From Flavobacteriales bacterium (lineage in GTDB: Bacteria > Bacteroidota > Bacteroidia > Palsa-965), in NCBI GenBank assembly GCA_040377305.1, contig JBEIPA010000007.1:1-64000 (forward strand): 64,000 nucleotides of DNA, written 5' to 3'. The notes under the pieces are model-generated. The model was given only the letters and a program-made list of their open reading frames with translations, did no database searches and was not told the origin of the DNA. Below are positions 19,994 to 29,600 of this stretch, piece by piece (positions within the stretch are counted from its first letter, which is position 1; every line of letters starts with the position of its first letter). Position numbers and translations under genes: made by a program.

Positions 19994-20764
19994 CTAATTG
20001 AGTAATTGATTCTCCAGCGAAAGTACGTAGGCTGCTTGAGGATTCTTGCGAACAACCTCACCAATGACAATGACAGCGGGCGACTTTATTCCTTCCTGCT
20101 TGACTACATCAACGATTGTATCGACAGAACCAATGGCAGCGTTTTCTGTCGGAAGCGATCCGTCCTGAATTACCGCAACAGGCGTAGAGCCTTGTCCAAA
20201 CTTCTGAAACACATTTACAATTTCAGGAAGCTTTGCAAGACCCATCAATACGATGACAGTTGCTTTTGATTGCGCGGCGAGTTTGAAATCTTCCGGAAGT
20301 TTTCCTTCGCTGTTTCTTCCGGTAAGAACCCAGAAACTTTCTGTTACACCACGATGCGTTACGGGAATTCGTTGCAAGGCCGGAACACCAATTGAACTGG
20401 TGATTCCCGGTACAATATCTGTCGGAATATTAAACTGCTCCACATATTCGAGTTCTTCACTTCCGCGTCCGAATACAAATGAATCACCGCCTTTCAAGCG
20501 AACAACGTGTCCGTGGGTGAAAGCATAATCAACAAGTAGCGTGTTTATCTGTTCTTGCGGGTACGCATGGTGACCTTCGCGTTTTCCCACGTAAATTTTC
20601 TTCGCATCAATGGGCGCGTACTTGAATATTTCGGGATTAACGAGTGCATCATAAAGAATTACGTCTGCTTCACTAAGTGCATTAATTCCTTTTACGGTGA
20701 TCAAATCCGGGTCTCCGGGGCCTGCACCTACGAGTGTTACTTTGGGGAAAATATGTTTTGACAT
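19994..20764 (-). CDS. cobA: Uroporphyrinogen-III C-methyltransferase (siroheme synthesis)
   Basis: LVGAGPGDPDLIT, VILYDALV, VVRLKGGD, VPGITS, IPVTHRG; start set at MSKHIFPK. Confidence 0.93.
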   Translation of the reverse strand: MSKHIFPKVTLVGAGPGDPDLITVKGINALSEADVILYDALVNPEIFKYAPIDAKKIYVGKREGHHAYPQEQINTLLVDYAFTHGHVVRLKGGDSFVFGRGSEELEYVEQFNIPTDIVPGITSSIGVPALQRIPVTHRGVTESFWVLTGRNSEGKLPEDFKLAAQSKATVIVLMGLAKLPEIVNVFQKFGQGSTPVAVIQDGSLPTENAAIGSVDTIVDVVKQEGIKSPAVIVIGEVVRKNPQAAYVLSLENQLLN

Positions 20765-20781
20765 TTTAGTCGTTGTTGTGC

Positions 20782-20802
20782 TGACAGGTCTCCGACCTGA
20801 CA
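20782..20802. promoter_or_regulatory. Palindrome upstream of cobA (second copy of the motif upstream of the sulfite reductase)
   Basis: tgacaggtc-tcc-gacctgaca; 20 of 21 bases match 23082-23102. Confidence 0.7.
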
Positions 20803-20817
20803 TGCTGGTTTTAATTG

Positions 20818-20870
20818 GTTGTTCCTCCGTTCGATAATCGGCTTGCCATTCCGAACGGAGCGGGAACAAC
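20818..20870 (-). promoter_or_regulatory. Long RNA hairpin directly after leader peptide 2
   Basis: gttgttcc/ggaacaac and ctccgttcg/cgaacggag arms; no U-tract on the minus strand. Confidence 0.7.
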
Positions 20871-20875
20871 AAGCA

Positions 20876-20923
20876 TCACATGCACATACAACATCGCAGT
20901 TGGCGAGACTGCCATCCAATCAT
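20876..20923 (-). CDS. Putative leader peptide 2, MIGWQSRQLRCCMCM
   Basis: atg att gga tgg cag tct cgc caa ctg cga tgt tgt atg tgc atg tga; five consecutive Cys/Met codons, located between sulfite reductase and cobA. Confidence 0.65.
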   Translation of the reverse strand: MIGWQSRQLRCCMCM

Positions 20924-20948
20924 CCGATCATCTAATAATCCTATCATC

Positions 20949-23075
20949 TCAATTCAGTGTTGGATCTATTACAAATGTTTGTTTTTCCAGTTCCGGGATA
21001 GAATCAAGAAACAAGCGCGCTTCATTGATATACTTGATCGCAAATTCCTTCTCGGGCTTGTTCAACGAGATTTGTGTCACGAGCTCTTTGAATGTCACCG
21101 GAATCAAAAGCTCCAGTTGAAAGTGCTTGTCAAAATCATGTATGATTCCATGTTGTGTATTCACTTGTACATCACGTTTCAGCAAAAGCGCTTTGGCAGC
21201 GTGAATAAATGCATTGTACGCTTTATACGTTGCGTCATTGTAGCGACCCGCTGAGAAATTCTCATGGGCAGCTTGTAACGCATCTTTTGCCTCGAAGAGT
21301 AGGGTTGCGGTCAAATCAATTTTCACCCCGGCACATTCTCCGATTCCGATTGCAGTTGCGTACCGCTCTTCCTGTCCCCAGTCAATGAACTCTTGTGCTT
21401 TCACATCGTGTGTTGAAGAAAATGCTTTGAGCAACTGATAGAAGTAGTCTTTGCCTTTGCGATCGTAGTACGCAATGAAATCTTCGGACTGATATTTCAA
21501 TTGGGAAAAATCCGCAAGCAAAGTGCGCAACACCGCAGTGGCCCGCTTCGAAGGAAATTTCAGGATCTTGTCGGCAATCCTGCCTTCACCATTTCCTGAA
21601 ATTCCTCCGCCGAGCAGAAGTTGTAAAGCGGGAACCACATCATTACCCGACTTTACAGAACTGCCGTGAAATCCGATTGACGCAACCGCGTGTTGTCCGC
21701 AACTGTTCATGCAACCACTGATTTTTATTGAAAGATCTTTCTGCGCTGCGAATTGCTGAAATTCAGTTTGAATCACATTTTCCAATGCAGCAGATACACT
21801 AGTGCTGTTTGAAATTGCCAGGTTGCACGTGTCTGTTCCCGGGCAGGAAGTAATATCTGCGAAGGCGTTGGCGCCAACTTCGGCAAAACTATTGGGGTTC
21901 AGTTCGCGATAGAGTGCAGGTAATGCAGTTTCATGAACATACCGAAGTAGCAAGCTTTGTCCGATTGTAACGCGCACATCATCGGCAGCGTATTTCTCAG
22001 CGATGGTTGCGAATACACGCACCCGATCCGAAAGAATGTTTCCTTGCGGAATCTTTACAAATACACCGTACCATCCTTGCTGTTTCTGTTCAAAGGTGTT
22101 CGCTGATTTCCACGCCTGAAATTTCTCATCATTCGTCACACGAAAAGTTGTGAATGCTTGCTGCAGAACCTTAGGGGTTGATTCTTCCGCGACCTCAATT
22201 TTCTGTTTCGTGTGCAACAATGCGCCCTTCTCGATTTCAGTCAAACGCAATACTTCTTCAATGCCGAGTTTCGCAACGAGATACTTCAATCGCGCTTTCT
22301 GACGATTGTTTCTTTCTCCGTGACGATCGAAGACACGGATCAAAGCCTCTGAGAACGGAATCAATTCATCGACCGGAAGAAATTCAAACGCAATGTGCGC
22401 CGGAATCGGTTGTGCACCGAGTCCACCTCCCAGCAGGACTTTAAATCCTCGGGTGATTTTTCCATCAATGATTTCCACTTTCGGAATGAAACCGAGATCG
22501 TGAATGAAGCTGATTGCTGTATCGTTGTCGGATGAAGAAAACGAAATCTTGATTTTTCTTCCGAGATCCTGCTGAATCGGATTGCGCAGGAAGTGACGGA
22601 ACAGCGCATTTGCGTACGGCGTGATATCGAATGGTTCGTTTGGATCAATTCCCGCAAGAACAGAACCGGTGATATTACGCACCGTGTTTCCGCAAGCTTC
22701 ACGCAAAGTGAGTTCATCGCGCTCAAGTTCTGCCCACAATTGCGGTGTACGATCAAGACTCACGAAATGAAACTGCACATCTTGCCTTGTGGTAAGGTGA
22801 AGATTTCCGGTTGAGTACTCATCACTCAGATCAGCAAGCCGCCGCAGTTGCACGAAGGAAAGTTTTCCATGAGGAACTTTGATGCGAACCATGTTCACGC
22901 CTTGCTGACGCTGCCCATACACACCACGCGCCAGACGCAGTGCACGGAATTTCTCCGGATCAATTTTGCCTTCCTGGAAAAGTTGAATCTTCTCCGCAAG
23001 TTGAGCGATATCTTTTTCGATGATCACTTGTCCATTTACCGCCGGACTTTCTAATTCTGTTCTGAAGCTTTGCAT
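20949..23075 (-). CDS. Ferredoxin-type sulfite/nitrite reductase hemoprotein with C-terminal HEPN-like domain
   Basis: RLARGVYGQRQ, HLTTRQD, EACGNTVRN, SCPGTDTC and SGCMNSCGQH siroheme/Fe-S ligands; C-terminal AYNAFIHAAKALLL..NTQHGII; start MQSFRTE. Confidence 0.92.
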   Translation of the reverse strand: MQSFRTELESPAVNGQVIIEKDIAQLAEKIQLFQEGKIDPEKFRALRLARGVYGQRQQGVNMVRIKVPHGKLSFVQLRRLADLSDEYSTGNLHLTTRQDVQFHFVSLDRTPQLWAELERDELTLREACGNTVRNITGSVLAGIDPNEPFDITPYANALFRHFLRNPIQQDLGRKIKISFSSSDNDTAISFIHDLGFIPKVEIIDGKITRGFKVLLGGGLGAQPIPAHIAFEFLPVDELIPFSEALIRVFDRHGERNNRQKARLKYLVAKLGIEEVLRLTEIEKGALLHTKQKIEVAEESTPKVLQQAFTTFRVTNDEKFQAWKSANTFEQKQQGWYGVFVKIPQGNILSDRVRVFATIAEKYAADDVRVTIGQSLLLRYVHETALPALYRELNPNSFAEVGANAFADITSCPGTDTCNLAISNSTSVSAALENVIQTEFQQFAAQKDLSIKISGCMNSCGQHAVASIGFHGSSVKSGNDVVPALQLLLGGGISGNGEGRIADKILKFPSKRATAVLRTLLADFSQLKYQSEDFIAYYDRKGKDYFYQLLKAFSSTHDVKAQEFIDWGQEERYATAIGIGECAGVKIDLTATLLFEAKDALQAAHENFSAGRYNDATYKAYNAFIHAAKALLLKRDVQVNTQHGIIHDFDKHFQLELLIPVTFKELVTQISLNKPEKEFAIKYINEARLFLDSIPELEKQTFVIDPTLN

Positions 23076-23081
23076 TTGTAT

Positions 23082-23102
23082 TGTCAGGTCTCCGACCTGA
23101 CA
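23082..23102. promoter_or_regulatory. Perfect palindrome 6 nt upstream of the sulfite reductase start
   Basis: tgtcaggtc-tcc-gacctgaca. Confidence 0.7.
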
Positions 23103-23114
23103 TGGTTTTAGTTT

Positions 23115-23165
23115 GTGATGTCGGGATCCCAATCCCGACGGTGATGTCGGGATCCCAATCCCGAC
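23115..23165. repeat. Two tandem copies (26-bp period) of a REP-like hairpin
   Basis: gtgatgtcgggatcccaatcccgac twice; core gtcgggat-ccca-atcccgac. Confidence 0.8.
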
Positions 23166-23175
23166 ATTTACTCAG

Positions 23176-23246
23176 AGGTCTCGGGCGGAATTGAACCGCC
23201 ATATCAAGTTTTGCAGACTTGTGCCTAACCATTCGGCCACAAGACC
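23176..23246 (-). tRNA. tRNA-Cys (GCA), CCA not encoded
   Basis: GGTCTTG/CGAGACC acceptor stem, D-arm GCCGAATGGTTAGGC, anticodon arm CAAGT-CT-GCA-AA-ACTTG, T-arm GGCGG-TTCAATT-CCGCC, U discriminator. Confidence 0.96.
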
Positions 23247-23297
23247 AGTTTATTGTTTCACTAATTTTTCCTTTGGGAATCGCGAGAGCGTAGAAAT

Positions 23298-23332
23298 AAA
23301 AAAGCCTCCGCGGTTCTATCCGGGAGGCTTTT
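23298..23332 (-). terminator. Intrinsic terminator of the Met/Cys attenuator
   Basis: mRNA aaaagcctcccgg-atagaa-ccgcggaggcttttttattt. Confidence 0.88.
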
Positions 23333-23355
23333 GCTCAACACACCAACATTTGTTT

Positions 23356-23451
23356 TCACATTCGTGTATCACCTCCCGTACTGCACATCATGCAGCAGCA
23401 CATCATACACATCATGTATGACTGAGAGTTGATATTACGAGTGATTTTCAT
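23356..23451 (-). CDS. Attenuator leader peptide 1, MKITRNINSQSYMMCMMCCCMMCSTGGDTRM
   Basis: 31 codons with 11 consecutive Met/Cys codons; codons 25-27 (acg gga ggt) contain cgggagg, complementary to cctcccg in the terminator 5' arm. Confidence 0.88.
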   Translation of the reverse strand: MKITRNINSQSYMMCMMCCCMMCSTGGDTRM

Positions 23452-23499
23452 GTTGATATAATTCTAATTTTTTTGAAAGGCCGAAACCTTTTGCGTGGA

Positions 23500-23532
23500 C
23501 AAAGATATGCGCGAATATTTCAGTAAAACAAA
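23500..23532 (-). promoter_or_regulatory. Bacteroidota housekeeping-sigma promoter of the sulfur operon
   Basis: Minus strand TTTG-N21-TATCTTTG (-33/-7 consensus), 48 nt upstream of the leader ATG. Confidence 0.75.
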
Positions 23533-23662
23533 TTTCGTCGTAAAAAAAGTTGAGTTCGCGTGATAAAAGGCGGAACTGAACAACATAATTATAGCATGTA
23601 TTCAATTGATAAGCAGCGTATTGCGGCGGACCAAAAATATTTTGAATTCGGGAGTTGGACAG

Positions 23663-25042
23663 CTACTTTTTTCGATCTGTTGTTTTGACAAGAACGCCAT
23701 TCTCATAAAGTTCTTCGCGCACAAGCTTGCCGCGCTCATCATAAACTTTCCACCAACCTGTTTTGGTGTAAGTTGGTTCTCCCGAAAGGTGGTGCGCCCA
23801 AGCTATTGGAAGATATTCTCCTTCTTCCTTTTTCTTCGAATTTGGATAATAGAAAGTCCATACTCCCGTGCGCAAATAACGGTAAGTTCCGGATGGAGTG
23901 TATAATCGTGCAGTGTCTTGGGATAACAATGGTGAGCGTAGGTAGTGTATTACAGAATCTATACTCACGGTAGGTTTATCATGAGAATATTCATGACAGA
24001 TCCAGAAGCAGAGTCCGATTTCTCTTAGCTCCAGTTCATATTGCCAGGGTACCGGAACACGACACGCTCGCTTCTGCGAGGACTGCGCGAGCAGGTAGCC
24101 AGGATTAGTTGATAGAGTTCCATTGGAAATTAAATTCCCTTCCTGATCGAATTCCTTTAACGAAGTTCTTCCAGTACTCTCGTCATGAAAATATTCTTCT
24201 CGTTTCTTTCCATTCACATGGTACCAGATGCATGAGCCGGAATATTCATCATTCTTAAAATGACATATTGAAATAATTCTTCCCTGTTGCCAAGAAGTAT
24301 CTGTGCCGTTTCTTTCGCCATGTAAGTATTCCCGAGATGAAACCAACTCTTTGTTGAAATACGATTTCCATCGTCCTTCTTTTTTTCCGGACTTGAAATT
24401 GCCTTTACTGTATTGAAATTTGTCGTGCACTTCAATCCATTCTCCTTCTTCTTTTCCGTTAATGTATGTACCGCCTCCAATTAAGGTATCGTGTGAAGTA
24501 ACCACCCATTTTCCGTGATAACCAAATTCATTCACGGAACCTTTCCAGGTGAGGTACCCTTGTTGGATTTCCCAAAGTCCTTCCGGTACATCATTTACAA
24601 AATGCCGGATCTCGGTCACTTTACCTTCTTCGTCAAACACTAGCCAATCGCCATGTGCTTTCCCACCCTGGTAGTATCTTTTCTCCTCTACGATAGTCGA
24701 GTATTGGTGATAGTAAACCACCTCACCATTCAGCAGATTATTCTTATAGTTGAATTTAGCTGAAGGATCATTGGATCTCCATTCCCCTTCCTTCTTCCCA
24801 TTCCGGTAGGTTCCTGAGTAGGTTGTATATCCATTCCGCTTGATCTCCCACCAGCCTTCTTTCAGTCCATTCTCCACACGACCAACTGCCGTCCAGCCCC
24901 CACATAAATCAAAAGTGTCAGTTAATGAAGCCGCGTTCTCAACTTCATCACCATTGGGATAAATCGTGATTGTTCCGGTTCTATTCTGCCCTGCGAGTGT
25001 GGCACACAACAAGACCAAAAACCATGTCGCAAGTTTTCCCAT
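23663..25042 (-). CDS. Secreted MORN-variant repeat protein (YwqK-like)
   Basis: Signal peptide and repeated GxYxNGKKEGxW units. Confidence 0.82.
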   Translation of the reverse strand: MGKLATWFLVLLCATLAGQNRTGTITIYPNGDEVENAASLTDTFDLCGGWTAVGRVENGLKEGWWEIKRNGYTTYSGTYRNGKKEGEWRSNDPSAKFNYKNNLLNGEVVYYHQYSTIVEEKRYYQGGKAHGDWLVFDEEGKVTEIRHFVNDVPEGLWEIQQGYLTWKGSVNEFGYHGKWVVTSHDTLIGGGTYINGKEEGEWIEVHDKFQYSKGNFKSGKKEGRWKSYFNKELVSSREYLHGERNGTDTSWQQGRIISICHFKNDEYSGSCIWYHVNGKKREEYFHDESTGRTSLKEFDQEGNLISNGTLSTNPGYLLAQSSQKRACRVPVPWQYELELREIGLCFWICHEYSHDKPTVSIDSVIHYLRSPLLSQDTARLYTPSGTYRYLRTGVWTFYYPNSKKKEEGEYLPIAWAHHLSGEPTYTKTGWWKVYDERGKLVREELYENGVLVKTTDRKK

Positions 25043-25086
25043 GAGAAATCAGAATTATTCAGAAAGACAAAAGATACAGCTTCCGG

Positions 25087-25494
25087 TTAGAATTTCCGGT
25101 GTTCGCTCACGTACTTCGTGATATATTCTACAATCACTTTCGTGTCCGTTCCCGGTGCAAACAATTCACCAACCCCCAATTCCTGCAGCTTCTTCATGTC
25201 AGCATCCGGAATAATTCCGCCACCTGTAAGAAGTACATCGTTCAAACCTTTTTCCTTCATGAGGTTCATCACTTTCGGAAAAACAGTCATGTGTGCACCC
25301 GAGAGAATGCTCACACCAATTGCATCAACGTCTTCCTGCAGTGCTGCGTTCACAACCATTTCTGGTGTCTGACGAAGTCCGGTGTAAATCACTTCCATTC
25401 CTGCATCACGCAAAAAAGAAGCAATCACTTTCGCTCCACGATCGTGACCGTCGAGACCAACTTTTGCAATAAGAACTCTGATAGGACGATTCAT
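25087..25494 (-). CDS. Methylmalonyl-CoA mutase-type stand-alone cobalamin-binding subunit
   Basis: [13 protein letters not shown] (DxHxxG), [25 protein letters not shown]. Confidence 0.93.
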   Translation of the reverse strand: MNRPIRVLIAKVGLDGHDRGAKVIASFLRDAGMEVIYTGLRQTPEMVVNAALQEDVDAIGVSILSGAHMTVFPKVMNLMKEKGLNDVLLTGGGIIPDADMKKLQELGVGELFAPGTDTKVIVEYITKYVSEHRKF

Positions 25495-25540
25495 TGTGTG
25501 CCAAAGATAATCAAATCAACTGTAGGCACGCTGCAGTCAA

Positions 25541-25608
25541 CCCTCGACTCCGCTCGGTCTAACAAAATCGCACGCTATGATCCTTGTCAGACTGAGCGGA
25601 GTCGAAGG
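25541..25608. repeat. Inverted REP-like doublet
   Basis: ccctcgactccgctcggtctaacaa / ttgtcagactgagcggagtcgaagg. Confidence 0.75.
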
Positions 25609-25620
25609 CGGACAAGAGGA

Positions 25621-26598
25621 TCAGAAGAAATATTGAATGCCCAAATGTCCCCAGATATGTGTCTTCCCATTAGAGAATTCACGTGTAAGGAACGTATTGA
25701 AATATTCCAGGCGCCATTTGTGGTAACCGGCAACTGCACCAATGGTCAGAAGAAAAACGCTGCGATTTATATTGTCCTGCGCAATTGAATACATGCTGTT
25801 CTTATTGAAAAGTCCACCTTGCAAGGTTGCATCACGCCCTATGACTTTGCATTCACCATTTGCATATCCCCAAAGTAAAAAGCGTTTGGAATAGCCAGGT
25901 GCTTCAAAGTAGTTCTGCATCATACCTGCACGCAATTTGATTCCGGCACTGGCATTCGTGTAAATTGTTCCAAGACTGGTAGCACCAAAACCGATGAGTT
26001 CGATGAATTTATTGGAGATCAATCCTTTTTCAATTTTCACAGAATAGTTCACATAAAGATCATTCTCAATCTGAAATTGCCAACCGCGTGGCTCCGGATT
26101 ACGTGTGTTGGCGTGAATGAATTTCTGCGTTTCGTATGCAAAGGAATACGGACCGATCAATCCAATGTCAAGTCGCGATGTTAATTTCAATCGCTTGTCC
26201 AGGTTGCAGGACACACGATTTACCCCGGTATAAAGCGCACCAGCGAACGGCCGATCACCAACGAGAATGGAATCAGATAGAATACTCGTCGGTGTGAACG
26301 CAACATGACCATAACCCATTCCGAACGATTGATCATTTCCGTTTGGAAGGTGTAAGAGAATTTTTGAAACAGGACTTTTCTGCAACCAACGGAAATTGAA
26401 GTCAATGAAAGAGCCGCCGGTGTAATAGTAATCAGTAGTGGTGTCGAACGTTGCGGACAATAAATCGTTCTGGTACGCAACAGAGAAGGAGCGAACGAGA
26501 GGGATTGAATCGATCGATTGCGCGCGAATAACGAAGGGCAACAAATACATCACTAGTACTACGAGAAATTGCTTTGACTGTCTACTGCCCGACTGCAT
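25621..26598 (-). CDS. Lipid A deacylase LpxR family (DUF2219-like) barrel; start uncertain
   Basis: YQND, TDYYYTGG, FTP, DRPFAG, GLIGP, QKFIH, PRGWQFQI, DATLQGG; ends YFF. Confidence 0.82.
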   Translation of the reverse strand: MQSGSRQSKQFLVVLVMYLLPFVIRAQSIDSIPLVRSFSVAYQNDLLSATFDTTTDYYYTGGSFIDFNFRWLQKSPVSKILLHLPNGNDQSFGMGYGHVAFTPTSILSDSILVGDRPFAGALYTGVNRVSCNLDKRLKLTSRLDIGLIGPYSFAYETQKFIHANTRNPEPRGWQFQIENDLYVNYSVKIEKGLISNKFIELIGFGATSLGTIYTNASAGIKLRAGMMQNYFEAPGYSKRFLLWGYANGECKVIGRDATLQGGLFNKNSMYSIAQDNINRSVFLLTIGAVAGYHKWRLEYFNTFLTREFSNGKTHIWGHLGIQYFF

Positions 26599-26609
26599 AC
26601 TGCCTACTG
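26576..26609. repeat. CAGTAGG-family heptamer tract
   Basis: gactgtctactgcccgactgcatactgcctactg, overlapping the kinase stop and the LpxR-like ORF start. Confidence 0.75.
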
Positions 26610-29600
26610 TTCATCAAAGCTTACGAAGAACGACGACCCTTTATCCTTCGCAGTCTCAAACCATATCATACCGCCACAACCTTCAACAATATTCTTCACC
26701 ATCGCGAGACCCAATCCCATACCCGTTGATTTCGTTGTGAAATTCGGAACGAAAATTTTGTCAATCACTTCATCCGAAATTCCTGTGCCATTGTCTTTCA
26801 CGGCAACAATGAAATGATTGCCCTGTTTCGAAAGCGCGATTTCCACTTTTCCTTTTCGGTCTGATGGAATTGCCTGTATCGCATTGCGGAAAAGATTGTT
26901 GAACACTCGTGGTAATTGTTCGCGATCGCCGGAGATGATCATTTCACCTTTCACTTCATCGCGACAAACAAATTCTACCCCTTCATCATTCTCGTAGAAA
27001 AGCTCAAGTGTATTGTGAACCACCGTGCGCAAATCCATTGTCTCAAGAACAGGTTTCGGCATCTTCGCGAAATCAGCAAATGCACTTGCGATAGAAGCAA
27101 GCGTATCAATTTGCTCAACAACCGTGCGCGACAACCGCTCAACTTTCTGATCAATGTCGGGCGCCTTGTCCTTGTAAGCACGTTCAAGCAACTGAATGCT
27201 CAAACGCATTGGCGTAAGCGGATTTTTAATCTCGTGTGCAACCTGCTTCGCCATTTCTCTCCACGCACTTTCACGTTCCGACTGTGCAAGAAGCTCTGCC
27301 GAATTCGAAAGCTCTAAAATCATGCGGTTGTATTCCTGTACCAGTGCACCGATTTCATCTTTGTTCTTCCATTCAATCGGATCATTTTTGCCGAGCTTCA
27401 CTTGTCGCATTTTGTCCTGGATGAGCCTCAACGGGTGCGTCAGATAATTCGAGATAAAAATCGCAGCGAGTACAGCCAACGCAAACAGGAACACGTATAC
27501 GTTGATCAACGCCACCATGAACGTGGAAATCTCTTTCTCAAGATCATTCTGTTTCGCGAAATAAGGAATGTTCAGATACGCCTGCAATTCTCCTTCACGA
27601 TTCTTCACGGGCAAATACGCTGAGAGATAAGCCAGGTTGCCAATATTTTCATCGTGAATGAACTCCGACTTTTTACGGATGCTGATTTCACTGTACGCAT
27701 CCGGATTCATCTTACGCGATGCCAATCCCTGTTCAAAAACTTTTGGTCGCGATGAAGCGTAAAGATTTCCTTCGAGATCGTACAGGTTAATGTCGGTGAA
27801 GAACACGTTGGAGAATTTCTTCAGCAAGTACGTCGCATAATCGCGGTAGGAAGGAGTGAGAACATCGTCCTGCAGTTTGCCTTCAATCTCGATTACTATG
27901 GAATGCGCTTTTTCGCTGATGATTTCCGCGTTCTTGGTTTGGTATTGCTGACGGATGTAATAAATCGATCCACCGCCAAACAATCCGAGTGACACAAGTA
28001 CGATCATCACAAGTACAAGCTGAATCCTATACTTGAACGTGAGATTCGAAAACGTCGGACCCTGGATCACAAGTTGTCTCAGAAAAACCGAAACGATCAG
28101 CAACAAGCTGAAGAATGCGAAGATGTAAGAGAAGCTGGTGGTTTTTCCGAGCCATCCTTCTTCCGGTTTACTCAGAAGTACAACCGTAGAATCATCCGGG
28201 CGATACACGAGATGATCCCAGCCTTCAGTGCTGCTGTATTCGTAAATACCATTGACGGCAAGAAACTCTGTACTCAAACTATACTGGTATTCACCTGCCT
28301 GATTAATGAGCTGACCGTTCTTGTATTTGCCGTAAGAATAGTTGAGCAGTTTTTGATTCAATCCTAATTCACGATCAAGCAGTAGTTCCGGAAAACCTAT
28401 TTCTTCCGACATCAGTTTCGAATCAAACTCAACGAAAAGTGTTCCTTGACCCAAATGCGTTTTGTGATCAGGATACTGCATTACAATATGCGCGAGATAA
28501 CTAATGCGCCCTGTACCATTGTCGAGGTAATAAAATCCGTCGCTTAATGTGGGCACACCCATGTTCGTGCACATATCTTCGAAATGAAGAATGTTGTCTG
28601 ACCAGGCCGAACTTGATCGCAGCAACGGAGTACACATGGTATCGAAGAAAGTAACTTTCACTTCGTACTTGTCCCAATAGCCGCTGAAGTATTGCTGGCG
28701 AATTGTTTTCTCAAACAAACCAAAGTCCTGTGTGCCACCTTGCGTTAGTGCGATTAGTTGTGTGTCTGTCGCAATCTTGTCGTCGATTTCCGAATACAAC
28801 AACTCGGCAATCGGATCTTGCTCTGCGGCAATCTTCTCGGCAAACACCACACGACTGTCATGTTCTTTGTGCATAGACTGCTTGAGCAACATGTGCGTTG
28901 TGTAAAAGGAGAACAGCAATACTAGAAACACAATGATTGAAAACGAGAACGATTCTCCTTCCGCGTCAGTGTTTCGCAACATCAAAACAAAAATGACAGC
29001 AGGAGGCCACAGAATAGCGAGTCCATCCACACTTCCGAATAAGTGATGAATGCCTACGACTATCGCTGTTGAAATCAGAAGCGGAACAAGTTTTTCCGTT
29101 CTCTTTTTCATTCCTGATTCCAGTACCCACAAAATAGATTCGGCGATAAGAAAGAACGCCGCAAGCATTAGGGCAATCATGAAAATGCCGGTATAGCTGT
29201 ACACCGAAAGACTGAACAGATTATTTACCTGGAAAGAGATGTCGGAATTCTGAACCAGTCCTGATATGGCAGAGTTAATTCCCCATGCCACTACAGAAGG
29301 AATTGCAAGCAGTAGAGTTGCAATGATATTTTTCCTGACTGGAGTTCCTTCGAGCTTTACCGGATGTTTCTTAAGCTGTGCGTTCGCATACACACTGAGG
29401 TAAAAGAAGAGCGCAACGTTGATCAGAAAATCGCCAAGGTTCGGATTCCAGAATGATTCGGCGTCACCATAGTGTAGCGGACTAAACAAAGGAAGATCAT
29501 AAAACGCAGAAGGGTAGTGGATGAGTATAGTCAGCCAACGCAACAGTATGATTGCTCCAATGAAGATTACTGCCGGCCACCGCGCACCTAGTTGTTGCTC

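Noticed and set aside
20737-20919. 60-aa Cys-rich ORF in the ORF track
   Set aside because: TTG start, runs through hairpins and overlaps cobA; its Cys content is a by-product of the TG-rich CCMCM frame.
23115-23165. Mini-CRISPR or att-site duplication at the tRNA
   Set aside because: Two abutting hairpins with no spacer; no duplicated tRNA 3' end or integrase seen in the window.
23191-23421. His-rich plus-strand ORF (HHAAAHHTHH)
   Set aside because: Antisense shadow of the Met/Cys leader codons, and it overlaps the tRNA.
23663-25042. Toxin-antitoxin (YwqJK-like) system
   Set aside because: MORN-variant repeats with a signal peptide and no adjacent toxin gene.
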